From: Camelus ferus
Taxonomy: Eukaryota
Length of the DNA: 64,000 nucleotides
NCBI RefSeq assembly: GCF_009834535.1
Contig: NC_045697.1
Span: 21,020,001 to 21,084,000, forward strand
Direction: 5' to 3'
Part shown: positions 27,701 to 41,690 of the stretch, piece by piece
Layout of the letters: each line of letters begins with the position of its first letter
Numbering within the stretch: position 1 is the stretch's first letter
Notes under the pieces: model-generated
What the model was told of the DNA's origin: nothing
The model's input: the letters and a program-made list of their open reading frames with translations, nothing else
The model's database searches: none
Program-made: the position numbers and the translations under genes

Positions 27701-30700
27701 TAAAATGACAGAAGAGAAAAGAGAATGAGTTGATGTTCCTGGCAATTGTGGAGCATCTGTCCCAGGCCTGGACCTCAAGGCTCCTGTCACATGGATAAGA
27801 AACACACTTTCCACTTCCTCAAGCCACTGTTAGCCTTCTTTTCTTTTTTATTGTATTCATTTTTTTTAATTGGTAAGTGCAACCAAATCTAATCTTTAGT
27901 GATAAGTCTGGTATTTAGTACAGACTTGATATTTAGTATTTAAAAAGCTCTTTATATTAAAAACTAATATATTCAAATGTTTACCATGTTGACATTTTGC
28001 CATGTGTCATTTATTTTACTTTTAGAGGTGTCAGAACTTTTTTGGTAACTTATGTCAAAATCTCATTTTGTTAGCACTCATTAAAAAAGTGCTAATTAGA
28101 AGGAAAAGATAGTTAAGAGCAAGAATTTTAAGACAACTATTAATATCTCTCCTCTTCCTCTAACACGATTTTCTTGATTTTCTATGAGCCAGTATTTGCT
28201 GTGATCCAAAAGTATTCTGAGAACGTAGTCGGTACTGTAAATATCCCACAGCAAGATATAAATTCGACTAATTACCATATGTCAAGTTTTCAATCTCCTC
28301 CCTCAGAAACAAGTTATCAATTTATTTTTCTGTGCTTAATGCCAGAGATAAAATTTCTCATAAAAATACTATGACTTCGTTTAATAGAATATTCAGAATG
28401 TTGACTATGTTTTCTAACATTTTGTCTAAAGTGTTATTAACATCTGGGAGGGATCTTCCTAGACGTTGAACAAATGCTACATTAAGTTTTAGTGTTATTA
28501 AATCTTACAGTAGATCAAATAGCATCCCAATCTACATCAGGCAAATGCTGTGGTTACTAGAATTTACAGTAGTATCTCAGCATAGCTCCATAATTACACA
28601 TTTATTTAACCAATTAAGCATGAAAGTGGCATTATTGTCAGAGATATGATATATGACCTGAACATAATTTGGTTAATGAGGAACAAGAAATGCCTGCTAA
28701 GTAGGGCAGGTATTCGGTTAGCAGAAGACTGCTAATTACCCTTGACATATGTCAGATTGAATGGTTTTATGTAAAAAAATGCTGAGTGAAGAAATTATGT
28801 TGAAAGTAGTCCCCTTCTTTTTATTTATAAAATGTTTTTAAACATTTAGCTTTAGGAAGTTGAAAAAAAAAGTTTGCTATAGTAGTTTCAGACACTGTGC
28901 AAATTCTCCTGTGTGCTCAGTCGATGATAAATAACTGCTGCCATTTCAAGTTTTTGTCTGTTATGAACTTCCAGAGGAAAAAAAAATCTTTACTCCCAAT
29001 TTCTAATTATCTTGACTCCCAAATGTATCCACCCACAGAATGCCCTGTCTTAAGTTGGATCCAAGTCTTAACTCCTGAAATCCCTTTAACTCCCTCACCT
29101 CTTTCTCCTTCCTTATAAATAAGAAACACAATCAACATTTTACCTGAAGATGAGAAAAATGTTGAAGGTAACAGATTGTTGAGCGCCTGTTGTAGGATTT
29201 CGGTGACGTTTTTTATCGCTGATTGACAAAGAATTAATGGAAACATAAGCAGTACAGGGGATATGGGTAGGATTTTCAAAAGGAATTTCTGCTAGGAAAT
29301 ACAAAATACCAGGTAAACATGGCAATTATGATATATAGGATATTTATCTTGATGAAAAAAAATATGATGATTCAGCCTGTGGACCCTGAGATAATTCAGT
29401 ATTATTTCTAAGCCTAGATTTGTGGCTCTAATAAACCTGCATTAAAGCATATGAAAATGGTCCATGTGAAATACTAATTATAAACTCTTATCTTTTGCTC
29501 TAATTATTTTTTCATATGTAATTTTTCAATATGGTAGTTTTTGCACAGAGTATAGTGTAGAGATTATAGTATCATACAGTTCTTATACCTGCTGGATTTA
29601 TCATATTGGTCAGTTTAAAAGCTTCTCTAAAACTCACTAGATGGTAATGAAATTATCTATATTGATATCGATCCCATAAATTTATCACACAGAAATGGTA
29701 CTTAACATTTACGTATAATAGTCCTGTCCTTATTCCCACTTCATACCTTCTTCCCACTATCACTCAAAAAGACAGTGTTTTCTCTTAAAAATATACTACA
29801 TTCAATGTATGGAAAATATGCAGTGGGCTACATGGGAAGTAACAGAATATGCCAGACTCATAATTAGTTTAGAATTTAGTTACAAGTAGTAATTTTGACA
29901 AAATAACATATTATTTTAATTTGTCCAGATTTACACATTCAATTCTGGTTAGGTTGGTTAGTATACAGAAATGATTCTTAAGTATTTGAAAAATGTTAAA
30001 CATAATTTAAATTTAAATATAACTTAAGTATAAAAATTTTCAAATACCTTGCCTTTATGTTTGGTTATTTATAATTAGCATCCCCAGTGATAAAAATGAC
30101 TGGACATAATCCAAACACATTCTTCTATATTTCTTTAAAATAAGGGTAGGTAAATATGACCTAAGAAATTCAAAAATATTTTTGTCACCAGTTTTCCTAT
30201 TTCATATAAGTTGGAAATATCAAAGTAAAAATACTTACTACTTTCTATATAACACATAATGCAATTCCATATTGGTGTTTGCAGTTACTGTTGTGTACTG
30301 AAACTTCAAATCATTTATAATTAAGTTATATTTTATGAAAAAATATAGTGTGCTTATCTAAGTAACAAAGGCATCAACTCTGATTTCATAAATAAAGAAG
30401 TCTTCCCAGTATTCCTTTTCTTGTGATAAATTAAGAAAATTGTGTTCTGAACTCTTTCTATATGTTATTTCCCAACCATATTTTATTGAAAATCTCTCAC
30501 ATCTTGGCACTGTAAGTTAGTTCTAGCTTGTTTGAAAACAAGTTCACAAGTTTCAAGTTTTGTCTGACTTTTATAATGAGTCAAAGTTATGTGAATTTAA
30601 GCTATCTTTGCAGTCTGGCCCCACCCAAACTATTGATATTTATTCATACCACTTTTCAGCCAGAATTTTCAGTTCTAGGAACTCTGCCACTCAGCACAAA

Positions 30701-31917
30701 GATCGTGGATTTTGATCATTCCATCTTCCAATCTCATGCTCACACTTTACGTTTGCTTAGAATTCCCTCCACACTAATTTAAAATCACACTAATTTTTCA
30801 AGATCTTTTTCTCATTCCTGCTGCAATCATTTGTGGCTACTCTACTGGATATTTAATTTTTTAATATTCTATAGAAATTAAATCTGCCCTCATGAAATTC
30901 AGCAATGAATTATTTAAGCTTATATCAGCTTCTGTATTTGCTTTGTAATAAATACAGATTTATCTCCCAAATAGTTTGTAGTCTCTGGGAGGGAAGAACA
31001 GTCTATTATTTATTTTCTTCTATCTCCCACAGTTATAGTTTTTAAAAGTGTGGCAGATCTTTATGAATTATATTATTAATTAACCTCCAGTTACTTCCTG
31101 TGTGACTACATACTTAACAGTACTCAACATTGGTGCCTGCTGGACACCCTGACTATGAATGCTTAATGACTGACAGCCATTATTATTGTCATTATTATTT
31201 CCCCTTTCCTGCTCTTATTTTTTAAAACCTGCATTTCTCAGTTCCCTATTGAAATAGTACCAATTCTATACAAGATGGATTTTCTAGGTCTCTCTTCTCT
31301 TCTACCTTTTACATGTTTATGTGTCCTGGGGTTAGTTCTCTTTTCATCTCTCTCTATACCCCCTCCCTCACTTTCATGAAATTCTTAATGGAAAGAGATT
31401 ATATGTATGATTATACACTGGATGAGATAGAGGGGGCATGAAGAAGTTGTTATTTTAAATTATCTTTTACTTCTTAAGGTGGGAGAAATGTAGAGATTTC
31501 CTAAAGGAAAGGATATGAAAGAATGTAAATGTAGATGTTTCAAAAAGATGAAGAAAGATGTGAAATTGCGGGAGATGATATCAGATGGTCTTGATGTTCT
31601 TAATGATGCAAAGGCAAGGCAGTCATCAAAGAAAGGTAAAAAAAAAAAGTTGTGTGTCTTGAGAATTTTGAAGATTTTGCATAGACATTGAGCAGAAAGA
31701 AAGGTATCTGACTTTAGACAAAAGTAAGAATTAACTGGCAGTGGCTGGAGTCTTTGTTGAAGTTTTGAACTTAAGCACTTTTAAATAAATCTCTCCTTAT
31801 GAAAGTCTAGGTTGTTTCTTAATTCATACTTCTCTGTAAAGTTTGACAACTGATCTTTTCCTGAGCTGTGTCCCCAGGATAACAGCAAAATGGATAGTTA
31901 AGAAATTCCCCATCTTT

Positions 31918-32490
31918 CTGTGTTCCAAAGAAGCATCCTTGCCCTTAAAGAACAACTGAACCATACAGAGTTAATAAGGCAAGGAAGACTTTTTTCAAGA
32001 CTATTGCAATAGAGGTGAGAGATTAAACACACTTTTTTGAAATAAAAGGTGGGAGAGACTTTAGGAGCTGGGTGAGCTGGTGGAAAATTACTGGAGGATA
32101 TTAGGGAGAAGTTGGTCAATGTGATTAAGCCTTCTGTGTTTGCTAATTAGTGCTAGTCTAAGTTAGGTTTCTACACTAACACAAAGATCTAGAGATAGGG
32201 ACCTCTTTGAAATTGATTTCATTTGATTTGAATGAAATGAATTTGGTTACATTTCAAAAGGAGGTTTTCAGGTCCTTGAGAAAGACATTCCTGGGAAGAT
32301 TCTTTTTTCTGGCAAAACACTGGCAAGAGTCTGGGAGAAGATTTACATTTCAAAGGGGCAAAGAAATAATTTTAAATTGCAAGTTTTTTAAAGTAAATGC
32401 TCTAATGAAGGGAAAATCAGGACCTATAATCAAGGAGAAACCTGTCTAAAGTGTAATCAAGCTAAGGAGAATAAGGCTGTCTTAGTGACC
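31918..32490 (-). mobile_element. ERV LTR
   Basis: gttaataaggcaaggaagactttt...caagactattgcaatag...cttgagaaagacattcctggg; LTR-like, family not resolved. Confidence 0.55.
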
Positions 32491-35406
32491 CTGTGTATTC
32501 TGCATATTCTGAGATAAATCTATCTCTTTTTTTCTTCAGTGACTCATGTAAGAAGCTTCTTTCTTTCTCATACCTGTCATAAGAATTCAGGATGACTTCC
32601 TTCTGCATCTGACTCTGTAAAACCCAAAGGCCCTTTTGTTTTCCTTTGGAGCTTTCCTCATTAACGAATGTTTTCCCTAAAAATAAATTTCTTAAATTTT
32701 CTGGTGCAATTTGTCTTTCACATGGTAATACATCCTACATCATTTCATATTAAAAAAAAAAACTAAATGAGTTGATGTAAACAAAGCACCTACTATACCT
32801 GCAACATAATTCATGTTTAAATACTGAAATATGCAAGTAAAATTATTGAGGACCTAAGAAAATAGGTCCTTTAAACAAGTGTCTAATTCTATGGGTAAAT
32901 ATCATTTAGCCACATATGGGATTATATCCCCCATAACGAGGTGATAAATTTAAGTGAAAGCAATTTTCAAATGGGTATCAATACAGGGGTAAACATTTCT
33001 AGCAAAGAAGCACACATCCATCATATAACCTGCTTTGCTAAACTGTTCCAGCTCACTTTCTTCAGGCATTATGACAAGTGTCTTGTAAAGGAAGGTCACT
33101 CGGGGTCAGGAAGAATCATATTCTGATGACAAGTCAGGCAAATAATGAAATCAGGCAATAGAATTCTTCATTAACAACTGGAGTTTGGTACATAGAAAGC
33201 TAACCAGAAATCTTGACCTGGACATTAGTTCCATAGGTTCCAAGTTGTAGGATCTGATGGGTTCTTATACTCTCTTACATAAGAATAGCAGTGATCCTAT
33301 AGATTTTCTAAGTAAATCACTTTTGTGAATTGATTTCACTACCAAAAAAATATATCTAACATTACTCATGCTAATTACTGAACCTTCGGTGCAGAGTTGG
33401 ATGAAATATTTAGGACCTTTGTTATAACCTTTGGAGTATGGATTCCTGATTGGAGTATTTCAAATGCTTACCAAAAACCCTTGAATGTGAATTCTTGATT
33501 AAAGTACTTTAAATGTTAACTAACAATTCCTAGACTGTTAATTAACTCTAACTTGCATAAAAACGCATTCCATTATTCTCAATAAATTATTGTTAAAGTA
33601 AGTAATATTATATTGGACATCATTAGTATTTTATGTTTTGCTTTGTTTTTCATATTGAATAATACATTTGGACCTAGTTAAATTTTTTAGTTTGTTACTA
33701 CCATATAAGCTTTTATAGATTTATACAATAAAATTTCTTCAATATTCATTTTCTTACAGTTTGAAGAGATGAATTCTAGCAGATGAGCTTAGAACAAAGG
33801 ATTTTACTTCACTGAATATTTCATAGGTCAGTCTCACTCTATCTCGTCTTTAGTTTTCATTGTTGATATTTCCATGTTTTCTCCATTGTCTTATCCTATT
33901 TTAAGTATATAGGAAAGATCTGAAGGCTTGAGATTGAAGTTGATCTAAGTAAACAAGCTATATTCCGTATAAAAAGAGAAAAAATATGGCAGAGATGTTA
34001 AACATGAGTAAATTTAAATTTAGCCTATTTTCATTTTAAATTACACATCAAATGCCAGAAGAATAGAAATGGGAAGTATATATAAGAATAAGCAGCTTTC
34101 CTCTGAAAGGCCTAAATGCATTCTTTTTTCATGGACTGACTGAAAGAACTAAAAAACAACAAAATAAATATTTTTTAAAGTGCTGCATCAGCTCTTAAAA
34201 CAGACAGTGCTGACATTTTGAGGTGTGAAAGGGAGATTAATTTTGGATAGAGAGACAGAGGATGCTAAGAAAATTTAAATGCTTTCTTGGCAGATAAAAA
34301 AAATCTCTACTGTTTCCCATTGCTATTCTCTATTTGCAACGTTATCCACACATCTACTTGTTTTCTCAAGGAAAGCAGACAATTGAGAAGTAACATATGA
34401 ATATATGAGTGGTTGAAGTATTATGAGGAGGTTTTTTTAAAGGAAATATTTGGGGAAAAGATAATTTTCAAAAGCATTAGTGAAATAAAATGATCAGGGA
34501 AGAATTATCACACTTTATTTGCTGAAAAGTTCCTTTCAGATTGCTTTATATTTACTTTGCTGTATCCTTGAACTGTTTATTTTTCATTTTCTTTAAAAAG
34601 TTATTTTGCTAGGCCACTGGCTTAGACAGTCTATCTAGAAAGCAATCACGATGGAGTATGTATACTAACAATTTCAAACATGAGTGGGAATTGGTGGAAA
34701 CGGACAGGCACAGAGTTTGACTCACCCTTATTATTTTCTCCAATGGACAACTTGATGAACCCTAGAAGTCTCATAATTTTAGGAAGTTTTTCAAGTTGTG
34801 TAAATGTCTTTGAGAAGACCTCTTATGACACTGACACATGTACACATGTATGCCTGTATATATAGCTAAAGAAAGGCCAGTTTGCAATTAGTATACTTAC
34901 ATTCTCTAAAAACTAAGACGTATTTTCCAATATGTAGTACTTCCTCTAGGAACAGTGAAAGTAACTCCACACTTGTGGTTCTTAGGAACAACATAAGATC
35001 CAGGCAAGCTCAACCTGTGTTCCATCACTCTGCTCAGAGCTATCAACTCAGGAAATGTCAGGTAATACTGGTTGATCCAAAGAGACAGCCCAAGATATTC
35101 CCTGGAACTCTTTGAATTCTAGGTTTGACAAACTGATTAAAGGTGAGTCTTGCAAATTAACAGCCATTTTGGCACTAAACAGTGAGACAAAACTTGAGAA
35201 TCAAGCTAAAGCAAAGAAACAGAAGTGATAGCGCAGAGAGAGAAAGTAACAGAAAAGCACTGACCCTTGGTGAAGCCATAGCTCCCAGATCAGCCATACA
35301 AAAAAAAAAAAATCTCTTCCTAGAACTTCCATTTATAACATATTATTTCTCCTCATTTTCTTACATGTATTTAAAGAAGAATGATGTCACTTGAAAATGA
35401 AAGATC

Positions 35407-35495
35407 CAGATCATTGACTTTTTCCCGTACTTTATTGAAATATAATTGACAAATAAATTGTATGTATTGAATGTAAAAAAAAAAAAACAGAAAAA
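35407..35495 (+). other. Short orphan retro-insertion with poly(A) tail and TSD
   Basis: AATAAA at 35452-35457; A tail 35476-35495; TSD GAAAAWGAAAGATC at 35393-35406 and 35496-35509. Confidence 0.7.
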
Positions 35496-36384
35496 GAAAA
35501 AGAAAGATCTGGTCTATATGTTAGATAACTGAGCCATGATTTTATACTCAACTTTACTAACCCAATTCATGTGTCCTTTACCATCCTCAACTTTACCATT
35601 TGAGTAGCGCTGTGTTAGCTGCCCTCCTTCATTTGTAGTTTTGTAAAGAACAGTTCTTAGACTTCTACAATAATACATTTTGCTTAGAATGGAACAGGAT
35701 ACATTTGACTCTGCTTTTCTATAAAACTCTGAAAGTGTAAAATGTTTTATTTTTTCCATCTTTGTAATATATATTTTCAGTTTGAAATTCTACTTCTTTT
35801 GCTGCATCAACTCCTCATACGTCAGTTCTGTTTTCCAAATTAAATCTGTGCTATAAATTATAAATACACCAATTGCAGAAAAATTAAGAGCCAAAACTAA
35901 ACTTTCAGTTTCTTTTGAGATTATGAGAAATTAATTACTTTTGAAAAACTTAAACAAAAGATGTATGTTATTATAAATATGAATTTTTTGGTTGTTGTTA
36001 CTGTTCTATCTCTTTTTCAGGTCTTTCTACACAGGCATTCAATTTCAAAATATATTTGCTCTCATGCTTGAAGAAAGTCAACATCATAAAAGATGACAAA
36101 GTATTTCCATATCTAAAAAGACTGTCTTTTTTTTTAAATTGTTTTAATACATCGTCCTTATCAAAGGTAATTCATTAAGAAACTGACTGATGTGATTTGA
36201 ATGCCTCTTACTGAGAGGAGGAAAGGCTGTATGTGTTTGTCTCTTTATAGAAAAGGTAAATAATATGTGCTTGTTTTTGTTGTATTTGTTATTTTACTTG
36301 TGTCTGCATTTTACAATCCCTAATCATCAGCTACTAAGGAAAGATGATGTTAAATGGGCCCTTGGTCTGAGATTTATTGGGTAT

Positions 36385-37190
36385 GTCATTACCATGGTTG
36401 AGGGGCACAAGCATAATGGCTAGTTTTGCTTTGGGGACCTGCATGCCCTGGTGCCAGCCACTGAGCTGTTTGAAAGTAGGTCATTGGTCATGACCTTCAG
36501 CACAGCTATAATGGGGCTAGTGCTCTGTGTAAGGAAGGGCTAATACAAAGGCACAGCATGTGCTCATCAAAGATGCGTGCCTGAAGGAAACAGGGCAACA
36601 GCTGCACATCAGTGATGTCCTGAGGAAAGGCCTGTTGAAGATGACCATAGATTTGCTGGAGGCCCAGATAAGTACCTGGTATATCATCAACCCTACCATG
36701 AGTACAAGGATAACCAAGGATGAGGCAGTGCAGAATAGATTGGAAGAACCAACGCTTCACAAGAAGCTGAAAAACAGGACGTGACAGGTTACCAGTTCCC
36801 CTACTCTGAAGAGTGCATCTTTCTATTCCAGTCTCCAAAAAAAGGGCCTCATTCCCAGAGACCAGGACCTGTACCTCCTGGATACCCAGTTGTGTACAGG
36901 TGGCATGATGGATTCCCCATGACCCTCAACATCATTTGTGCTGGGTAATGAGGAGACAAGAAATATTCTTCCAGTATCTATTGACGATGCCAACGAATAC
37001 TATGACCTCACCACGCAGGTCATGTTCAGCCAGCTCCAGCAGTGATGCTGCAGTGACAACTGACAAGCTAACAGGGTGGAGCCTGAAGCCCCTCTTAGAA
37101 GGCCATCTGGGCCCAAAAGGAGGAGTTCTACACTGACATCCAAGTGTGTTTCCTTCAAGAAGCCCCAGATGGCAGCTTTACCCGCACACT
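36385..37190 (+). pseudogene. PLEC: Decayed plectin-derived pseudogene fragment (C-terminal plakin repeat domain plus linkers)
   Basis: Collinear translations across frameshifts and stops: VITMVEGHKHNG*FCFGDLHALVPATELFESR / IKDACLKETGQQLHISDVLRKGLL..DLLEAQISTWYIINPTMSTRITKDEAV / VTGYQFPYSEECIFLFQS / KKGLIPRDQDLYLLDTQLCTGGMMD / DKLTGWSLKPL. These match plectin as recalled ([114 protein letters not shown]). Confidence 0.85.
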
Positions 37191-38382
37191 CATAAACACA
37201 CAAATCTAAATATTGTTAGACAAGTATTTTATCCCCATATTAAGGTGTATGTAGTATTGCACAATTGATTAAAAAGAATTGTGGACAAGAATCCAAGTGA
37301 GTATGCTCTGCTTAAAAAAGCTATCTCACTTTTCCTACAAAGGACATTGTATAAATGTGATTATCAGGACCAATAAAGGAAAATGGTCAGAGAGCAGATT
37401 TCTTATGCCATCCAAAGCTCTTTCCCTCTCTCATGTCTGCTTCCCATTGCCAGGCATTCAGTGTACTGTTGCCTTCTTCTATCTTTACGGAAAAGCTAGA
37501 ACCTCAATGTAGAAGGTGAAGAAGTAACTTGAAAGTGTCAATATTTAGGACTTAGTGTATTACCTCTACTATGAGTATCTGCACTGGGAAATAATTACAC
37601 TACTACTATTATATATACACATATAATGGAATTATAAACATAATTGAAAAAATGAAGGAAGATGTTTACAGATAATGGGTACTTTCTAAGCTCTATGAAT
37701 AGTTTAGCAGAGTTGTCTGATTGTTCACTCTACCTTAAAGTTGTTTTCCAAAATAAGAATAAATTTTTACCTATATCTTGCACCCTGCCTCTGTCCCCAC
37801 TCCCTTTTTCTACACCTGCCTCCGCATTCTCACTTCTCACCACTCTTCCTTTTCCTCTCCACTCACTGGTTTCTTGTGGTTCTGCAATATAACAAGTCTA
37901 CATTCATTTGAAACCTTTGTTAATTCTTGAATGTTCTTTTCCTGTCTATCTTAAAGCATCCTGCCCAAATGTCAAATAAACATTGAACTTCTTGAATATG
38001 CTGGTGAAACAGCAAACACTACACAAGTCACCTCCCACCCCTGAAACTACATAACATTAACCTCTTATTTTAAACATTTCCTATTATTTTCCTTTAGAAA
38101 TGCCTCTTAGAAATAGTTATTTTTCTCCAATCTATTTGTAGTTATCTGTCTTTTGTGTAGTACATTTTCATTTATTGATAAATATAGCTTATTATTTCAC
38201 CAGCTTACTTTAGAATATCTATTATTCCTATTTTTTGTGCTTTTGTTTTTCAATATTCACCTCTTCTTTTGGATTGATGAAACTTTTAAAAACATTTTTC
38301 TTTCTTAATCTCTCTCCTCACCCTCCTCGTCACTCTCCCGGTTTCAACTTTCTATATTCTAGAATGGGGAACTACAACTTGT

Positions 38383-38838
38383 TGTAAGGAATAATTACAT
38401 TAATTAAAACGGCATTTTTGGTGTTTAGTCTAGCACAGACATGGAGTAAACACCATGGAGAGGTGAATGAAAGTGAGAGATTTGTTGTTACTAACAGGTC
38501 TTTGAAAAGGAAGGCACTGAATCCACATAGAGGCCCATGTGGGAGCAATTCCAAAGGAGTGGGCTCAACGAAGTAAGTGGGGAGCCAAGAAGAGTGAGGA
38601 CCCACGTGCAACGGCCTTTTTAGGTGGGCAAAGTGGAGTATACAAGCAAAGCGCACAAGAGGATTCCACTGGTGCATTTGAAAGTCACTAGGTTGCAGTC
38701 AAGGCCAGGTCAAGAAGGGGAGCTTGTGACAGGGACTAGGCTCATCACATTGATGTACTGGTGACCTAGGTGGTGTACTCAAAGCCACTTTGTGGGGATA
38801 TTGAGGCATCAGGAAAATATGAAGTTTTAAAAATTTAC
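38383..38838. mobile_element. Probable ERV solo LTR
   Basis: Begins tgtaagg; GC-richer ~450 bp block ending atatgaagttttaaaaatttac; family not resolved. Confidence 0.5.
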
Positions 38839-38844
38839 GGGACA

Positions 38845-39040
38845 TGCAGTCTGTGGCCTGGAGGGAAAAACTGGTTCAATACTTGTTTTTGTGAATAAAG
38901 TTTTATTGAAACATAACTATGTCTGTTTGCTTGTATATTGTAGGCTTTTAAACAACAACGGCAGAGTTGAGTAGTTGAAACAGAGACCGCCTGGCCCCTG
39001 TAGCCTAAAATATTTACGGAACATGTTTGTCAGTGCTCGT
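38845..39040. mobile_element. hAT-Charlie MITE (MER58A-like)
   Basis: gtgaataaagttttattgaaaca...acaacggcagagttgagtagttgaaacagagacc...gcctaaaatatttac. Confidence 0.85.
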
Positions 39041-39359
39041 TTTCTACTGAGCTATTTTTATAATCTCACCATGTACATTTATACTAGCAATTCAAATAAT
39101 ATTTTAAACACCCTTATGAACAATATATGAATCACTCAGATTCTGATTTCTTCTTCTCAGCATACACATTATTTCCCAATATTTTCAGTTCTTTCTTTTA
39201 AAATTCGTAAGCTAGACTATTTTTATGACAGCTTGCCACAAAGACATTGAACTAAAGAAACATCAGATAAGGTTTGGGAAGAAGGACCCTGAGTGCCAGT
39301 GAATAGTCTAAACTGCAAACAGAATGGTAAGCAAGTAAAAATTTAAAACGACAAATTAA

Positions 39360-39740
39360 GGAGCAGTTTAGTGGGTTCTTCTGACTCAGGAGCATTGATG
39401 AGGTTGCAGTAAGATATGAGCTGGAGCTCAGTCATCAAGTCTTTCCTGAGGCTGAGAGTTTTCTTTCCAGGGTGGCTCTTTCTTATCGCTGACAAGTTAT
39501 TATTGGCTATGTTGGCTGCTGGTGGGAAGCCTCAGTTCCTCCTCATTTGTGCGCCTTTCTACGGGGCTATTTGAGTGTCCTCACTGCGTGGCATCTGGCT
39601 TCCTCCAGAAAGAGCAACCCAAGAGAACAAGGTGAAAGTTGCCTACCCTCACTTTCAAAATGTTGACCACACAGGTCAGCTTCAACTCATTGTGGAAGCA
39701 AAGATCATCAGGGGCAATACTGGAAGCTAGCTAACACAAT
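39360..39740 (-). mobile_element. MaLR LTR (older MLT1F/G/H-like)
   Basis: tgaggttgcagtaagat...gctgctggtgggaagcctcagttcctc...ttgagtgtcctcac...ggcatctggcttcctccaga. Confidence 0.75.
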
Positions 39741-40884
39741 GAAATCTAAATTAAATGATTATTTCACTAAACAAAAATTAGCTGTTATTTTGCTCCAACT
39801 TTTTAAAACATTTATTTTTTTAATTAAAATATAGTCAGTTTACAATGTTTTTTGAATCTTTGCTTCTATGATTTATTTTTATCACTGAATAATCATAATT
39901 TCATATAAATTTACCTGCAGTAGTGCTGTGTTGTGTTGTGTTGTATTACATTTATTGTTTGATTGCTTTTGGGGGGAGATCGGTTGATAACAGCAAATCT
40001 GTGTGAAAGTCCATCATTAGCACTAAATACAATGTTTACATAAAGACTTTTATCACCGATGTTTCTTACTGATAAAGATCCCATGATGTGTCTTGACAGA
40101 TACTGTAGAGCTAGATATTAGTAATGCTGGGAATAGAACCAGGATTTTCTAAATCATGGACTCTCAACTTCTTCCCTATGCCACATTTTTATGGATAGAA
40201 GAATCAGTTTATTAAAATAATATATTTTTAAAATAATCATAAAGAGTGTCTATTTCCCTCACATATATCCTTTTTTCTTTCCTTTCTCAATTATTGTTAT
40301 TCTTTAATTCACTACTCATTATAAATTCACAAAAAACCTCACTCCTTTATTATATAAAATGTCAAGTGCACATAGATGTTAAGTGCATACAATACCAATT
40401 TTAAGGAATATTTACCAAAGCCTAATTTTTTAGGGCTTTGAGGAACATAACAAATGCCTAAACAGCTTTTGTCTAAAAGGGCTTTTGGGTTGGTTGCAGA
40501 ATAAATACATATATGCAAAAAGCAAAAGTAATTAAGCAATCATATAGTTTATTTTACTGGAGGTATGGATAATGTATAAATAAGTTCTAAATCTTATTTT
40601 TCAGTAATTATAATTATTTACTGACCTTTCATAGACTGCTACTAAGAAAATAGCAAAATTATCTGATGTAAAATATTGTTTTTGTCCCTTACGTCTAAGA
40701 CAGAGCACAGACTATCATTATCATAAATTACAAAGAAGAGGAAGATAATGGGGAGGTAAGTAATTCTTCAGTTGTCCAGTCACTCTTCAGTGTTAGGGAG
40801 TCAGTGGGAATTTTTCTTTTCAATAGTCAAGCAGGGAGACTGAGGAAGGAAAAAGCACATGAAAAGTAGTCTTTATAATTGTGA

Positions 40885-41690
40885 TATAATAGGTATATAT
40901 GTATAATATGTACATATCTACATATTGATTTGACTTTTGTCCTAGATTTGGTTCCTGACAAACAGTTCCTAAAACTCTTGAAATTTCCTGAATGATGGGA
41001 GTGTCCTTCTTATTCATTAGAGACCTTTTGAATCATACCTGAGTTTGTGCTAATAAAGTGATTTCCTGATGGTGCCCCTAGGTAGCTTCTAAATGGGGAC
41101 TGGTCACCAGAATAACCAAATCATGTGATTTAGAGGATTGGAACTTTCAGCCCCAGTCCCCATCCCCAACTTTTGTGGAATTGAGGGGGCTGGAGATTGA
41201 ATTCAATCATCAGTGGCCAATGATCTCATCAAGTCTCTGTAACGAAACCCCACATACAAAACATAAACAGCAGGGTTTGGGAAATTTCTGGATTGATGTG
41301 CTGAGGTGGTGCACTTCCACCCCCTGCCCCCACCCCACCATACCTTGCTCTGTAGATTGCTTCCATTCATCTGTTCCTGAGTTGTAGCCTTTATAACAAA
41401 CTGAAGTAGTTAATAGAACACGTTCCTGAATTCTGAGAGTCGGCCAATCACAAGTGTGGGTATACTGGCACTTCATGTATGATGGGCTTTGTAAGTGGCG
41501 GCAGTCTTGTAGGACTGAGCCCTTAACCTGTGGAGTTTGCACTAACTTTTAGTATTAGTGTCATAATTGAATTGAGTTGCTGGACACTCAATTCATGTCA
41601 GAGGATTGGAGAATTCATGTGAGACAATGACATGTAGTTGATGACAGCAAAAGCCACACATTTGGTGGCAGAAAAAAAAGATATTACACT
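40885..41690 (+). mobile_element. ERVL-class LTR (MER21-like)
   Basis: cctaaaactcttgaaatttcctgaatgat...ggggctggagattgaattcaatc...cagtcttgtaggactgagcccttaacctgtgg. Confidence 0.85.

Noticed and set aside
36506..36838. 110-aa minus-strand ORF
   Set aside because: Antisense shadow of the plectin-derived fragment
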